From Blastocatellia bacterium (GTDB lineage Bacteria; Acidobacteriota; Blastocatellia; UBA7656), in contig CAVXWP010000009.1 in assembly GCA_963765495.1 (NCBI GenBank), positions 640,001 through 704,000 of the forward strand: a stretch of DNA of 64,000 bases, written 5' to 3'. Below the pieces are notes generated by a model. The model searched no databases, had not been told where the DNA came from, and saw nothing but the letters and a program-made list of their open reading frames with translations. The translations under genes were made by a program, and so were the position numbers. Below are positions 63,020 to 64,000 of this stretch, piece by piece. Numbering within the stretch: position 1 is the first letter of the stretch; the number at the start of each line of letters is the position of its first letter.

Positions 63020-64000
63020 TCAGTTTCCATCAAACGCGCCCTGTTTGAACGTGATCGTATGATTGTCATTTTCGTGAATGACATCGAATATCTGCTTCAA
63101 CTGAGGGTAAATATCGGGCTGATACAACATGCCGGAAAAGTCGGCCTTGCGGCTATAAACCATAACGCGCTTATCCTTGGAGAGACCAATAGTCACTTCG
63201 TATTTGCCGAGATTTTCCACATTGAGCGAACCGGGTGCCTCAGGATTGTCCGGTAAAAACCCTTCGGGCAACTCTATTTCCACGCTGTCCTCCTCAGACC
63301 ACGGATGATGAAAATAGATCGGGTACTTGCGCACGCTCGTCTGAAACAACGCCCCCACTCCCTTCTGGAAAAAGGCCGGTTGTATAAACAGCCGTTTGCC
63401 CGTGCGCTGTGCGTATCCGGGCACGCGCACATGATAAGAATAAACAAAAGGCTTGACCGGGTCTGTGATATTCTCGATGTGAATATCGGTCAGCTCTGCC
63501 GTAGACATTCGCTCCTTGACCATATCGAGCAGGGTCTGCTCGCGCTGCTCGGGCGAATCATCGTCGTTATACTCTTTCTTTGCCGCGCCGAGATGGCCCG
63601 TATACTCTATGCGCACATCGCCTTCAAGCGTGCCGTCTGCGTCGAGACGCAATTTGGCGGTCCGTTTTTCGAGAGATTTATCGGCGGGCGAAAGCGGTGT
63701 CTCTATGAATACGGGGTTCTTTGAATCCGTTACCAGCGCCTGCATCCCCTCCTCGGCCCACCTCAACATGCCAAAAGGGACATAGGTGCTTGCCGGGTCG
63801 AAGAATCTCCACTTCTCCCCGACCTTTACCGCTATATTGTACCCTCCCAGAAAATAGCTGTCTGCCATGGTAGGAGTGAAAAAGAGATCGCTGCGGTCAC
63901 CAATCAATGCCATGCGCGAATCGAACCCGGCGGCAGAGGCAAGCGCGGCAAACAACATGTCTATGTCACTCCCGGTTCCCATCCCTCGCTTGATAGTATC
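63020..64000 (-). CDS. DUF3857/DUF3858 transglutaminase-like protein (probably non-catalytic), 5'-truncated
   Basis: GTGSDIDMLF at the catalytic position, FFDPA; paralog of the neighbouring gene. Confidence 0.85.
   Translation of the reverse strand, partial: DTIKRGMGTGSDIDMLFAALASAAGFDSRMALIGDRSDLFFTPTMADSYFLGGYNIAVKVGEKWRFFDPASTYVPFGMLRWAEEGMQALVTDSKNPVFIETPLSPADKSLEKRTAKLRLDADGTLEGDVRIEYTGHLGAAKKEYNDDDSPEQREQTLLDMVKERMSTAELTDIHIENITDPVKPFVYSYHVRVPGYAQRTGKRLFIQPAFFQKGVGALFQTSVRKYPIYFHHPWSEEDSVEIELPEGFLPDNPEAPGSLNVENLGKYEVTIGLSKDKRVMVYSRKADFSGMLYQPDIYPQLKQIFDVIHENDNHTITFKQGAFDGN

Noticed and set aside
1-64000. CRISPR array, retron/DGR, rRNA or complete prophage
   Set aside because: No regularly spaced repeat-spacer array, reverse transcriptase, rRNA-like sequence, or terminase/portal/tail genes were recognised

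Overview
The gene content suggests an Acidobacteriota (Blastocatellia-like) chromosome segment; this is an inference. Bases 1-8 kb and 40.4-64 kb hold intact host genes: an NtrC-type two-component pair, secreted proteins, a diguanylate cyclase, OmpA, an ECF sigma/anti-sigma pair, three amidohydrolases, a P450, ftsY, a TonB-dependent transporter and transglutaminase-like proteins. A ~23.8 kb element is integrated at tRNA-Val(CAC), bounded by a 49-bp direct repeat (8107-8155 / 31925-31973). It has four parts. (i) A phage-like switch/early region with an Xre HTH gene, operators, a boxA and tiny acidic ORFs. (ii) An unusual module: a TPR-like protein ending in a RAPP arrest motif, overlapping head-to-head with a small secreted peptide gene, then a structured spacer and a downstream gene. 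(iii) Cargo: an AT-rich B12-radical SAM cassette with two unannotated peptide ORFs, GmrSD and a type III-like R-M system. (iv) A satellite (PICI-like) core: integrase, a protein resembling a phage capsid cement domain fused to an HTH, an excisionase-like HTH, and a primase/DUF3631 gene with an embedded iteron array. Homology beyond attR suggests an older related element downstream, in a region (32-40.3 kb) carrying a CHAT-TPR protease, an anti-sigma and a deleted sigma gene. Many island genes have single-base indels that look like long-read errors. All family assignments are by eye, without database searches.
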